Source: the human T2T-CHM13v2.0 reference genome, Homo sapiens. From it: DNA of 64,000 bases. Of this stretch, positions 26,841-39,325 are shown one piece after another; positions within the stretch are counted from its first letter, which is position 1, and each line of letters opens with the position of its first letter. The notes below the pieces were generated by a model. The model saw nothing but the letters and a program-made list of their open reading frames with translations. It did not search any database and was not told where the DNA came from. The position numbers were made by a program, and so were the translations under genes. The stretch is taken from NCBI RefSeq assembly GCF_009914755.1, contig NC_060934.1; one strand, 5' to 3'.

Positions 26841-29800
26841 ATTTTTTTAAAAAATAAAAACAATGCTACTTGCAATAAATACAAGATAACTATTGAAATA
26901 AATACAATGATAGCAAAACAGTATTATTAAATACAGCCATAATTGCCTGCCAGAGGCAGAGCGGAAGGCCTGATTCCTTCTGGTTCAAGGAAGAGGGATT
27001 ATCAAGTGTTAAAAGACATAATAGCACAAATTGAGACTTTCTCCTTTGCTTGTTTGTATACGCTAGGACAGAACTGACAGGGGAATAACTTTCTCACCAT
27101 GCGATTCAAAGAGGTCACCTGAAGAAAGCTTGCATCTGGCAGAAAGTGACTTGTAGACCACACCGAATGGGCATCCTGTCCTCTGAAGACTGTCACCAGA
27201 ATGACAGCAAGTTCTTTTGTGGGGTAGTTTGACAGCAGTAGGGCCCAGGGATGGAGGACTGGGCCAGATGATCAAAATCTGCCCCTCTTTTTGGTGGACA
27301 TTAGGTTTTCTTGTGTGGGACTGATGGGTCGGGGTGGGGTGTGGGGGTTCAGAACAAAAGAGAACAGATTTTGCTTACTGTCCCTGACTATAGGTTGTGG
27401 AGACTCTAACTCTGGGTCTGCTTCCCAATAAAAGAAGAAAGTGATCTCTGGACATAAAAAAAAAAAAGACACTTTTCTGGGGGCATTACAAGGAGAATGG
27501 GAATTGCCTTCTCCCTGCACCATCATCTACAGTCAGGGCGGGCTCCGTGGATGTGTGACCTGCGCTGTCACATAGAGCCCTGTGTTTGGAAGAGCTCAAC
27601 ACTCGGTTTAATGCTCGATTGTTGCCATCATTCCATGGGATACACACTGGCAGACAAAAAGGAGGCAGACCCTCTGGGGACCATTGTGGAAAGAGCTACA
27701 GGACATATCTTAAGAGAAAAAAAAAAGTTATAGACAGTATGTGCAGTATGGCTGTATTTGTCAAAACAAAAAATTCTTAAAATTTTAAAAACAAACACAC
27801 ACACACTTCATTATTCCATTTTCCCTCAACTGGCTGGTTAGTGATACGTCCAATTACCACTCTTCTAGGGTTAGCCTGGAGATGGAGCAGACATCCTTGA
27901 TTTATTCATGTTTACCAGACACTCCCATTTCTACTCGCTTATTGGACAAGGCGAGGACCTCAGAGCATTCTAACTCCATTTACCCCCTTCCTGCTTATGT
28001 GCCATTGGATTGCGTATTTTAATTCTCCCTATATATTTTACACATTAGTTTTATTGTTTTATACAGCCAAGATTCATTTGTATTTACCCGTATTTCCCTT
28101 TCTATTGCTCTTGTTTCCTTTCTGAATATCCAAGCTTCCATCTGGGACCACTTTCCTTCTGCCTAAAGCATACCCTTTTGTATTTATTTTTATATTTGAG
28201 CCATTCATATGGTTCAAAATTCAAAAGTACAGAAGTGTGTCATGATAGATATCTTTCTCTCCTACCCCTGCCCCTAGCCAAAAACTATACATTTCCATAT
28301 GCACATAGAACATTCCTTGGAAGGAAATACACCAAATTGAGAACAGTGGTTTGTCTACGTGGTCTGTAATGTTCATGGTGATAATGTGTTCATGTCTCCC
28401 ATATGCAAAGAAAGAGAAAGTCAGAGACAGGCAGCCAGGAGACCCAGTCTCTTCTGATTGACAGCCTCTCACTGTGTCCTGCTGTGCACGCAGTCATTCT
28501 GTTATACGTGGCCTCGTTTGATCTTGGCCACAGCCCTGTGGGACATGAGAGGCAGGGTTCCTCAATCCCAAGTCTCCCATTTTCATGAGCACCTACTATG
28601 CCGGGTGCCACTTCATAGTTGCCACGTCACTCAGTCCTCACGACAGCTCTGCTAGTATTGTCGCCATTTTACAGATGAGCAAACTGAGGGAAACAAAAGT
28701 TAGGTAATCTGCCCAGGAGGCAGAGCCAGGGTTCAAAGCAAATCCCAACAGTCCAACTCCAGAGCCATGTTATCACAAACCCCATTATACAGCTGAGGAA
28801 ACTGAGACCCACAGAGGTTGAGCCCTAGGCTCAAAGTCACTAAGTCAGTAGTGGCAGAGCAAGAACTCACATCCATAACTTTTGGGGTTAAAATCCACAA
28901 CCCTCCCCCTACCAATGTTTTTTTTTTTTCTGCACATTAGAATCATCTGAGGAGCTTTCAGAATGCCATGTTCAGATGTTAAGACCAAAAAAATTGGAAT
29001 CACTGATTCTATTTTTGTGCCCCCCTCATCTTCCAGGAGTTTCTGAAGTGTAGCCAGGGTGAGAACCACTGTCCTTGCCCACAGGAGAAAGGGCTCAGAG
29101 TCAGGCTCTTTGGATTTCATTGGATCCGGACTTTGCCTCTCATTAGCTCTGTGACTTTGGGCACACTGCTTTAACAGTTCTGTGCTGCCTCAGTTTTCTC
29201 ACCTGTCAGTTTGGATAACTGTAGTGTCTTCCTCACGTGAGGATTGAATGAGACCAGCCGTACAAAGACTTGGAACAGCAGCTAGCACAAGATGAGCTTT
29301 AAATAAATCTTACCCTTATTATAGTTGTTATAGTTATTATTATTTTTGCTGTGTGCCTTTGCATAGAACCTGTCCCCCTCTGGGCCTCACTCAGGTCCTC
29401 TATGTGTGAGCACACTGTGGGGTTTGGACTGCAGGGTCTTGAACAGTGTCTTCCAGCTCTAATGCGCCTTTGTCGCGATCGGCTGGCTGGGTCTCGGGCC
29501 TTCTCCACTTGCCCTCATATTTGTGGAAGCTTGCCCTTTCTCGTGAATGCAGAGGCGGCAACAGGCATGTGCTTGGAGAACCAGAGACCACTTCTGTGGG
29601 ACGAGTCCAGCCTGTGGTTATGGTATTGATCTTCTCACAGCCAGGATGTGCTGGGCTGTGCAGAGTGGAATTGCCCACTGAGGGGTGGTGGCTGACAAGG
29701 TGCCAGCTGCCCCAGAGAGAGGCAGAGGGCCCTGGACGGAGAGTGCCTTGGAGAGGCAGGGCGGGGGCCGAGGCAGAGCTGGGGCTCATGCCCACTTCCT

Positions 29801-32800
29801 ACCAGTGCCCAGGGCACTTGGTGCCAGTCCTTGCCACCAAGTGCCATTCTGCACCAATGCATAATTCATGCCCCCATGTGCCAATCTGTGCCAGCTTTAA
29901 TTAGCTTCTAACTTTTTGTCATTCATTTTGCTCTGAACACCTTATAAATAAATGATGGGCGAGGGGAGTGGCGAGCAGGGCAGGAATGTGAGGGAAGGAC
30001 CGTCTTTTCTTCAGCCACAAAAGGGAGGGGTAAGCTTCCAAGGCTGGGCCCAGGGAACCTCATGCCCCTGGGGCTTTCCTGGGGGCCTCCACGCTGCAGA
30101 GGGGTGGCCTCAGCCCACATTGTCAGCCTTCCAGCCTGCTCCTCCACAAGCCAAGCTGGGCCGCCACAGCTGTGCCAGGCTCCAAGGGCTCACAAACTAA
30201 ACTCGGGAGCACACGTCTGGTTTATGGTGGCAGGCGCTGCCCCGGGAGAGGGCGCATAGGCTGGGGACGATGACGGCAGGAAGCAACAAACAGCTCTTTA
30301 TCAGCTGTGGGGTGGGGGCATGAAAGGGGGAGCAGGAAGGGATGGGGAAGCTGCTATGGAGGAGCCCACAGGAGAGGCGTTTGTGTGCTTTAAAAATAAT
30401 CATCGACCCTCATGGGGAGGAAAGACTCGTCTGTGAGGGCTGCTCTGTTTTTACAGTTTGTAAAGCACTTTAATGTGTGTTTTTCTCTTTTGATCTGAAT
30501 GGCAGCCTTGAGAGGTGTTTCAGCACCTGGGAGTTATCATGCCCATTTATAGTTGAGGAACCTGATGCTTGGACCAGTAGGCTAAGACCCATGTGAACCG
30601 CAACCTGGTGGAGCGAGCTTTGTGTTGCACCACCCTGCCTCTCTTGCATTCCCCAGGGGCAAGGCAGCAGGGGCAGAAAGCACCCCTGTGGAGGCTGGAA
30701 AGCCAAGGTGGAATGGAGTCCAATTCCAGGTGGTTCCAGGGTTTGGCATGTTAAAACAACAGATTTGGATTCCCTCTCTTCTTTGCATCCTCATTCTCTG
30801 AGAGTGCCAGTAAGCCAGCTGGTTATTTGGTGTGTGGGGATGCAAAGACATTGAAGGGGAGGTGCCCCTTCCTCCAAGATGTCAGCCCAGGTCACCCTGG
30901 GACAATGCACTGTCCCCTCTTCCTCCTGCAGCTGGTCATGCTTTCTACTGTGTATCTGCACCTCCAAGCCTAGCTCCTCCACCTCCAGCATTGCTTGCTG
31001 AAAAAAACCTGGGCTCCTCGTGGGGCCCCCACCCCTTCATGGTCTAGCCCTTGCTGCCTCTGCACAGCACACTCCTTGCTTGGTCCAGCCCTATTGCCAC
31101 ACTACTTGAAGTCTGTAAACTGTGTGCTGCCCCTGTGACCTTGCACACACAGTCCCTGCTTCCTCAGATGTCCTTGCTGGTCTTACCTTGCCATGTACCC
31201 TTGTCTTTCAAGGCTCTATTTAAGTGGTCTCTCCAGTTTGGGGTCTTCCCTAATCTCCTTGGTTAGAGTGGATTGCACCCTGCTCGGGGTCCCCTCTGTC
31301 AATGCTGAATCTAGTCCCAGCCTGAAGGATGGCATCATCCTACTGCTTCCCAACTGTTTCTGTCTCTATCTCTCCAACTGGACTGTAGCTTCTCTGAGGA
31401 CCAAAATGATGTCATTTGCTCTTTGTGTCCTCGGCACCCAGCCCACAGGCTGGCACACTGTGGGCCCTTCAGGAACATGTGTTAGGTAAATGAACAAACA
31501 CACAGTCCCTGCCTTCGAGAATCTTAAAATCAAGTGTGCTGTGGACTAAACATGATCTTGAAGCCGCTGTACAGATGTGGCCGCTTCTGGAGATCCCTGG
31601 GCAAGATGCCCTGGATATGGAAGGAACTGTATATCACTTTTTTTCTTTCTTTCTCTTTTCTTTTTAATTTTGGGAAAGGGGAGGTAGCATTTCTCTAACA
31701 ATGCTGACTCTACGCTGCTCTACACTCCCTACTACAATCACCAGAGGAATCATCAGATGGTCTGTACCAGGCAGGGTTCTCATGGTCGCTAGCAACAGAA
31801 ATGAACTCTGGCTACCTGATGCAAAAATTGAACTCACTAGTTAGTTAACAGGGGCAGATTCAACCAGAAGACTGGAGGACAGGCCCAGACAACAAATAGG
31901 AACAAAAGGAGGCTGGTGGCTAAGGATGCAGCTGAAAATACAACCCAGGTCAGGCTTCAGAAGTCCTGGAGTCAGGGCTAGGTGCTTTGCATAGCTTCAA
32001 AATGATTCTTGACTGTTTACAAACGTTATGGTCCTTCTCAAGGTTCAAAGTTGAGAGTGGAGCTTCTGACTGGCTTGCCTAGTCATGCACTGTGCCCTGC
32101 AGGCAGAAGGCAGGACAAATGAGGACCTCCCTTTTTAGCTTTTGCAATTAAAGCAGGGCCTGGTCTTACCCCTTACTTCATACAGTGGGGGTCCCCCAGT
32201 AGGAGTGGGGTTTGGATGATGCTGGGTCCTGGGAAGTTGGCATCTCTGTGGCTCTTCGTGGCTGTCCAAGCGCTTTCATATCCACCCCAGGAGGGAGGCT
32301 GGGCAGGCACCATTCTCTCATTTTCAGAAATGGAAACAAGGCACAGAGTGGTTCAGCGACTTGTCCAGGACCACATAAGGTGGCAAGGGGTGCTTCTTTA
32401 TCACACTGGTGTACTTTCCTTGATGCCCCAGGGGCTTGGAGAGGAGGCAAATGTTTCCTGAGGGAAGGGCTCTAGGGAGAACTTCGAGAGCTGTTGTTGA
32501 AACAGCCCTGATACGGTTTCAGGAATGGAAATCCCAGAAAGACAGAAAGGTGAAAACTTAGGTGATTCATCTCCTGGAATGAAGAGATTAGAATTTCTGA
32601 GATGCTGGTTCAGAGAATAGAGGCTGGGTTCTTCCCCCCAGCTCTGAGCCTCCTGCAAACGCCATCTCCTGCCTTTGGCTGGTTCATGTGCAGAAGAGCA
32701 AGACTGCTGTTCACCTCCGGGATCCAGTAGCTCCCATGGCTGCCTGGGGAGAGTCCCTGTGCATGCCTCCAGGCTTCCGCACATGCTGCTCCTCCACCTG

Positions 32801-34179
32801 GAGCGCCCTTCTGCTTCTGCTGCCTGTGACCTCCTGGTCAATCTCGGCTCACTGCAGCCAGCTCTGATGTCCCCTTGTCCAGGCAGCCTTTCTGGACTCA
32901 AGATTTCATGACAATGAATCACCCCACTCTCCTTTGGGCCATTTGTCCACTTTGCCACACTTACCTTTCTAGGTTGTAACTGATTCATCTACCCCTCTCT
33001 CCCACTGGGAGTGCCTTGAAGACAGGATGGATGTCACTCACATCTGTGTCCCCGGTGTGCGGTGCTGGCCTGTTCCCCTCAGGGCCATTCTCTCCTCCCC
33101 TCTGTGGTGCTGCTCTGCATCACAGCAGGCTGACCCCGCAAACTCCCAGGTCCACTGTCTTCAGGTGGGAGACGAGAGGGCTGGGGAAAGAAGCCGGGAT
33201 GTGTCTTCACACTCCACCGTCTCTGGCAGTAGCTGTGTTTCTGTGACTCGAGCCCACACCACACAGGCCCACTGTGGTCTCACCTTCCACCGTGTGCCCT
33301 GATCCTGGTCACTCTGCTTCCTCCCTTATCCCTCCAGTCTAGGGGTGGCACACTTTCTGCTGTTGCTGCACTCTGGGTCGCCTCGCCATCCAGTTAGAAT
33401 TCTCAGCCCTTCCATTCCCTGTCTGTTACACACTCACGGTGGTTCTGTGGGCTGGCTGCATCCCAACTGACACCCCAGTTCCCAGCACGGTGCTTGGCAC
33501 AGTGTGTAACAGAAGGTTTGAGGGGTGGAGAACCTTGAAGAACACCTCTTCTCATGCTTTCATTTTACGAATGGGGAACACAAGGCCAAGAGAGGTCCAG
33601 TGTCCAGCCCGCTACCATCCAGCTAGAGGGTGACCTAGAACTCAGATCCCGCTCTCCGGACTCCTGGCTCCATCACACTGTGTAAAAGCATGACCACCTA
33701 AGACATGTAGGACCACGACTCCAGTTCATTTGTCCAAGAGCCTACTTGGCATCTCTGTTCTGTGACTGCACAGGCCTCTCACACAACATGTCCCAAGGGA
33801 GCTCTTGCTCAGGTCTCCATAGTGGCCTCCTCAGAGGGCCCCATCACAGGAAACAGCACACTGTCCATCTACCACCACAAGCCAGAAACCCAGAAGTCTC
33901 CTTGACCCTTTGCTCTATCTCACGTATAACCACTCCCTGTCCTCCTGGCCCTGTAGATTTTTACCTCCTGAAAGTCACTTCTCTCCACTTCTACCCACCC
34001 CCTCATTCCAGGCCTCTGTCACCAATCACCTAGACACTGCAGCAGCCTGAGGACATGTAAGCTTCACCAGGGCAAGGATTTGTTTGGCGCAAGCATGCGT
34101 GTCTGTGTGCATGTGTGTGTGCCTGTGTGTGTGTGCTTGTGTGTGTTGTTCATTGACATATCCAAAGTGTCTAAATTCA

Positions 34180-34394
34180 CAGGGGTTAACTAACGTTTTC
34201 TGTAAAGGGCCAGGCTGTAAATATTTCTTGTTTTTGCAGGCCATGCGGTCCCTCTTGAAATTCCTTATGTCTGTAGTTGTAGTGTGAAAGGAGACACAAC
34301 CAAACAGGCCATGTCTGTGTGCCACTAAAACTTTCTTTACAAAAACATGTGATGAGGCAGATTTGACCTCTGGGTAGCGGTGTGCTCACCCCTG
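34180..34394. mobile_element. MER58A-like hAT MITE
   Basis: Terminal inverted repeats CAGGGGT...ACCCCTG; ttttctgtaaagggccag...aaaactttctttacaaaaaca. Confidence 0.85.
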
Positions 34395-34684
34395 GTCTAG
34401 AAAATTTCTTGGCACATAGTATTTGACAAATAAATACTTTTAATTGAAGCAGTCTCTTCTCATCAACTGTTGCCTCCCAATCAATTCTCTCTCTCTCTTA
34501 TTTTTTTTTAGATAGAGTCTTAGTGATCCTACTGCCTCAGCCTCCCAAAATGCTGCCATTATAGGTGTCAGCCACCAAGCCCGGCCTCTGAAGCTTTCAG
34601 TCTTAGGATAAAGATCAACTCCTGATTAAGGCCAACACACCTGCACAGTCTGGCCCCCACTCCATTGTGGCTTTACAGTCACTG

Positions 34685-34810
34685 CCAAGGACTAGAGGGA
34701 CCACTCAGTGACTCGGATCAGAGAGGGGGTGCTTAAAGCCAACAGATGGTGCAGGCTCACTCACCCTCCCAAGCTTCCCAGGAGCGTTTCCTCGTACGCT
34801 GGAGGCACGG
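34685..34810 (+). repeat. Local direct duplication D, CpG-decayed copy inside an L2-like element
   Basis: Aligns to 35885-36030 with one internal deletion and many CG>TG/CA changes. Confidence 0.9.
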
Positions 34811-36469
34811 AGCTCTCCCCACCCTTTCTGGACTTCCTGACATATGCCAGCTCCTTCCCACCTTTGCACAAGTTGATTGCGACTGCGGTCACCAAACCAT
34901 TGTTCCTGGCCCAGCCGTTGCCTGCAGTGGGCACCTGGGGCCTTTGCACATGCTGTTTCTCCTGCCTAAAACTCCACTCTCTCTCCCTTGCTCATCCTTC
35001 AGCTCAGTCACCTCCTCTAGGAGGTCTTCCCTGATCCCCTCGGCCAGGCGCCATTAAAGCACTCTTCTTCCTAGCACTGATTCTGGCTGTAATTTTACCT
35101 GCTTATGTGTTTCATTGATGAATGTCTGGTTCCCCTACTAGAGAAGCTTCATGGGGCACAAAGACCAAGCCTGTTTTGTTCTCCATCCTATTCCTAGAAA
35201 CTATTTCAGTTAGCTAGCACATAGCAGTGACTGTGAATGAATGAATGAATAATGAATGAGCGAATGGTAAGGAACTGGAGCTTTGGAACCAGATAGATTC
35301 TGGGTTCAATACCCGACTCCACCACAGGGGCAAGTCCCCAACCTCCTAAAGCCTGTTTCTCACTGTAAAACTGGGATAATGGCAGGGCCCACCAGAAAGA
35401 CTTTATTGAAGATAGAATGAGTTGAGGCCCAGAAAGTCTCAGCCCAGAGCCTGGCTCCAGGCAGGTACTGTCAATGTACTGACTGGAACAGTGACAGCTC
35501 GGAAATCCTGTCATGTGAGAAATAGTTTTAAAAAATCAGAATGCTTAGCCCCGGGGAAGTAAAGATCAAAGGTAGGGGATAAACCTCTTCCATTACCTGC
35601 ATATGGACCCTTTCTTGATCCAGCTGTCTCAGAAAGCCATAAAGTCTCTGTCCCTATAGGTGTGCAAAAAGGAGCCGGGAGACCATGACTCGGGCACTGC
35701 AGACGGAGCTCCCGCAGGGGTGAGGGCGCCTAAGTGACCTCACGGGTCTCCTCCAACCCGGGGTCCTCCATTTCTAAGCACTTGGAGGCCTCTTGAGCTC
35801 TAGTGAGGGAGGAGGCGCAGATGGGAGCGCACGAGTCGGGTGGGCAAAGGCAGCTGGTTGGAGAGAAGCGTAGGCCAAGAGGCCCCAAGGACTAGAGGGA
35901 CTGCTCAGCGACTCTGGGAGCAGAGAGGGGGCGCTTAAAGCCAACAGATGGCGCGGGCTCACCTAGGCCGAGCGCCCGCTCGCCCGCCCGGGCTTCCCGG
36001 GAGCGTTACCTCGCTCTGCCTGAGGCGCGGGGCGGACGAGACGCTGGGGGCCCCATCCCCCTGCGCGCCCCTCTGCGGGACGGCTGGCGGCCTGGCGGGG
36101 CACTGCTCTGTCTCGCACCTGGGGCCTCTTCCGCGGGCTTCCTCCCTGCCCCTTTGGGGGATTCGTAGAGTTGCCACAGCAGCCGGTGCCATGACATCGG
36201 CAGAGGGCAGCTTCGCCAGCACTGAAATATTCATGCCCTGAGCGCCCGGCGGGGCTCGGCGCCGCTCCCGGGGGTCCGGGCGGGGCCGGGCGGGAGCTCG
36301 GGGGTCCTGGCGGCCTGAGGGGTGGGGGAGCGCCGAGCGCGGGCGGGCGGGCGGGGGCCGGGCGAGGCGGGAGGTGAGGGAGGGAGCTGCGGGAGGCGGG
36401 GTCTGGACGGCGGGGGCCGAGCGGGGCGGGGGCCGAGCGGGGCGGGGGAAGCAAGGGAAAGTTGATCGC

Positions 36470-36862
36470 GGACTTGAGCGGCGGCGGCGGCTCGGGAGAG
36501 AGGGACGCGGGCTGCAGGCGCGATGCTTGGCTAGAGGACGCGTCCGACGGCGGCCGGACGCTGAGGTGGTCGGGGCTAGTCAGCCCGGCCTGGGCATGGA
36601 GCGCGGGGTGGCAGAGCCTCTGGACGTTTGGGGCGCGCCCAGTCCGAGCCCCCGGCGCGCCTGAAGTTGCGAGCGGCGAGCGGCGAGCGGCGAGCGGCCC
36701 GCGGAGACCCAGGAGCTGCCGGCACGCCGCGGATGAGCCTTCGCGCCGGCGGGAAGACGCGGCGGTGGCCAGGGCCAGAGCAGGCGGCCCGCGGGGGCCG
36801 ATCCGGCGGAGAGCAGAGCCCGAGGCGAGGCGAGGCGCGGCGCCGCTGCACACACGCACACG
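36470..36862 (+). other. CDH23: CDH23 exon 1 (5' UTR); TSS approximate; donor ACG|gtaccc at 36863
   Basis: Recognised CDH23 5'UTR (...gagcccgaggcgaggcgaggcgcggcgccgctgcacacacgcacacg); position ~33.5 kb after SLC29A3 fits the known gene order. Confidence 0.85.
36669..36696 (+). repeat. (GCGAGCG)4 tandem repeat in the CDH23 5' UTR
   Basis: gcgagcg gcgagcg gcgagcg gcgagcg read directly. Confidence 0.9.
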
Positions 36863-37970
36863 GTACCCGGAGCCACGCACCGCCTCTTCCCTCCTCGCTT
36901 CCCTCTCCTTCCCCTCGCCGTTCGCCCGCCGCGCGGCGGGGAAGTTGGTGGTGACCGCGGCTGCCGAACCACTTGTTCCCAGCGCGGCCATCGCCCGTGG
37001 CGGGCGCTCGCGGCATCCTTCGGTCCCAGGCCCCTGGCCCTAGCCTCGCGCCCCGCTCCGAGCTCCCCGACGCGCGGCAACTTTGATTCCTGGGAACTCG
37101 AATTCCATTCGCGTTGGCCTTGGGAGGACAGGCATCCCATCCCCCATCCCCGGTCCTGGGACCGCGAACATTTGGGGGCTTTGCTCTCGGCGCTACGGAG
37201 AGGGTCCAGGTCTGGGGTGGAGAGATTTTCGAGAGTGGAGCGCGTTGGGATCCAATCCCCTCCCCTTCTGAGCCCTGGGTCCCCATTTGGACAGTGGGGA
37301 TGGGGTGGGGCGCACCCCTACTGCGGGCTGGGCAGAGGCGCTGAGGGGAACTAAAGGCACGTAGTTCTCCCCTCCCCTCATCAAGTCCCTGTGCCCGCGG
37401 GAGACCCCAGGGGACTTACACATCCTCCCAAATTCGGTCCAGCTATGGGAAGACGCGCCCCTCGAGGAGCCGGGAGCCTTTTGCGGCTCTCGCTTCGCCT
37501 TCCTGGCCCTGGAACTGGTCCGCTACGAGCGGTGCTGGCTGCCCCCAGGAGCTGGCACCCGGGAGCACTGCCCCTCATCTCCACCGTAGGTCAGCCCAGG
37601 ACTCGAGCAGAGCCCGCGTGTTCCAAGGCAGTGACGGCGCCAGCCGGCGGGGACTCTGCCTGGCTTTCTCGGAGCGGGCACCTAGAGAGGCTGCCTCCGT
37701 GCTGTGAGCGGAGATCCGATGCCAGCCGCCGCCCCACTGCGACCCCAGCCCCAGCCCTAGTGCTGTCAGCGGTCCACTGGGAGGAAATTAGCCTTTCCTC
37801 GGTAGTAATACTCCCCCATCCTCCCTAGTAATTCAGAAAGCAGAGCCTTCTTTTTCTACGTCCTTTGCCCTCTCAGACCAGAGCTGGCATTGACATTGAC
37901 CTCGCCTTCCAGCCCCTTGGGAAGTGCCCCAACCCTAATTTGGATTTTGAAATAAGCTAGAGAGACACAG

Positions 37971-37972
<2 letters not shown>

Positions 37973-38014
<42 letters not shown>
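37973..38014. repeat. (GT)n microsatellite
   Basis: About 21 GT units. Confidence 0.97.
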
Positions 38015-38015
<1 letters not shown>

Positions 38016-38734
38016 GGGTGGAGTCAGACCCTCACACAGGGAAGAATTAGGTTGTGGGGTGTGGGGTGGGGCGGGCTTTAAGAACCTAGTTGGGGCCAGT
38101 TGCATGGTGATGATGAGTCAGCCCACGATGGGGAGAGCTGGCTTGGAGTTAGTGCTTGGTTCGTGGTGCAGGGGTAGGCGCACTGCGGTCAGCACCTACA
38201 GGGGTGGGGGCACTAGATGTTACTCTGCCAAGGAGGAGCTGGGAAGGGGCCCCTTGCCTGGGGGAATAGCAAGGCTTGGTTCTGGCTGCCAGGGCTGGGG
38301 AGGGCAGGAAGGCAGAGTGTCTCGTGGTAGAGGGTGGGTGTCCCCCGTGAGTTGGGAAGGTGGCACACAGAAGCCACTGGTGTGAACCAGGAAGCTCTGC
38401 CTCGAGTGCTGGAGGACAGCAGTGAGGGGTGGGAGGCCCAGAGCTAGCATCCTGGCCCCGTCTGTGCTGGGTCCGCATATACTTCTCAGACTTGGCCTTC
38501 CTCACCTCTAAACAGCTGGGCTCCTCACGTCTGCTTACCAAAGGGCTTGATTTGAGGGTTGTGATAGCAGATGGTCCTGGTTGCCTCTGGAATAGCTCCC
38601 CCACTCAACAAGCTACCTTACCTGCAGTTTCACCATTTGAGGTTCATTTATTTGAGCCAAGTATTTTAAAGGGCACCTTCCTGAAGTGCTCATTTAAAAT
38701 GCACATTCTTCTGGGAGGTGAAGGTGTAGCGGAA

Positions 38735-38895
38735 CCTTGCTCCTCAGAGTGTGGCCTGTGGACATGCAGCGTCGGCATCACCTGGGGACTTGTTAGAAAT
38801 GCAGACTCTTGGGCCCCACCCCAGACCTTCTGAATCAGAATCTGCATTTGGTAAGATCCTTGGGTGACTCATGTGCTCAGTAAAGTTTGAGCTGT
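38735..38895. mobile_element. MER5A-like relic
   Basis: ggcatcacctggggacttgttagaaatgcagactc...tgaatcagaatctgcattt. Confidence 0.85.
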
Positions 38896-39154
38896 GGTCC
38901 ACAGTGCCTTCTCTAAGAGGCATTGCATAGTTCCTTGGTGCAGAGTGTTGTATAGGGCAGTGGATAAGAACACAGAGATGAGAATGAGATTGGAGCTTCT
39001 CTCTTTGGCCAGTTTTGCTAGGCTCGGATTAATAGTCCACCACTGGCCCCTTCGGGTTGTACCATGCTAATGCCACAAGAGTGTTTGTGTTTTAGGGTTT
39101 TTTAAATAGATTAGAATAACATCTCAGCTTTGTGTGCAGTCAAAACTGTACATG

Positions 39155-39325
39155 GAACTGGGTGCAGTGGTGAACTCCTATAGTCCCAGCTAATGGGGAG
39201 GCTGAGGCAACAGGATTGCTAGAGCCCAGGAGTTCAAGGCTGTAGTGTGCTAGGACCGTGCTTGTGAATAGCCACTGTACTCCAGGCTGGGCAATATAAT
39301 GAGACCCTGTCTCTAAAGAAAACCA
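39155..39325 (+). mobile_element. FAM (fossil Alu monomer)
   Basis: Monomer with the 7SL-like gtgaatagccactgtactccag segment. Confidence 0.85.

Larger units (their letters stand above)
35690..37760. promoter_or_regulatory. CDH23: CDH23 CpG-island promoter
   Basis: About 2 kb of very high GC/CpG with multiple GGGCGG boxes and no TATA box, surrounding exon 1. Confidence 0.9.

Noticed and set aside
35963-37286. Long overlapping ORFs (342, 236, 193, 186 aa) over the CDH23 island
   Set aside because: Ala/Arg/Pro/Gly-rich in several frames, as expected from stop-codon scarcity at very high GC; no recognisable domain.
37759-37779. REST/RE1-like gtgctgtcagcggtcc
   Set aside because: Only one half-site matches; the GGTGCTGAA half is missing.
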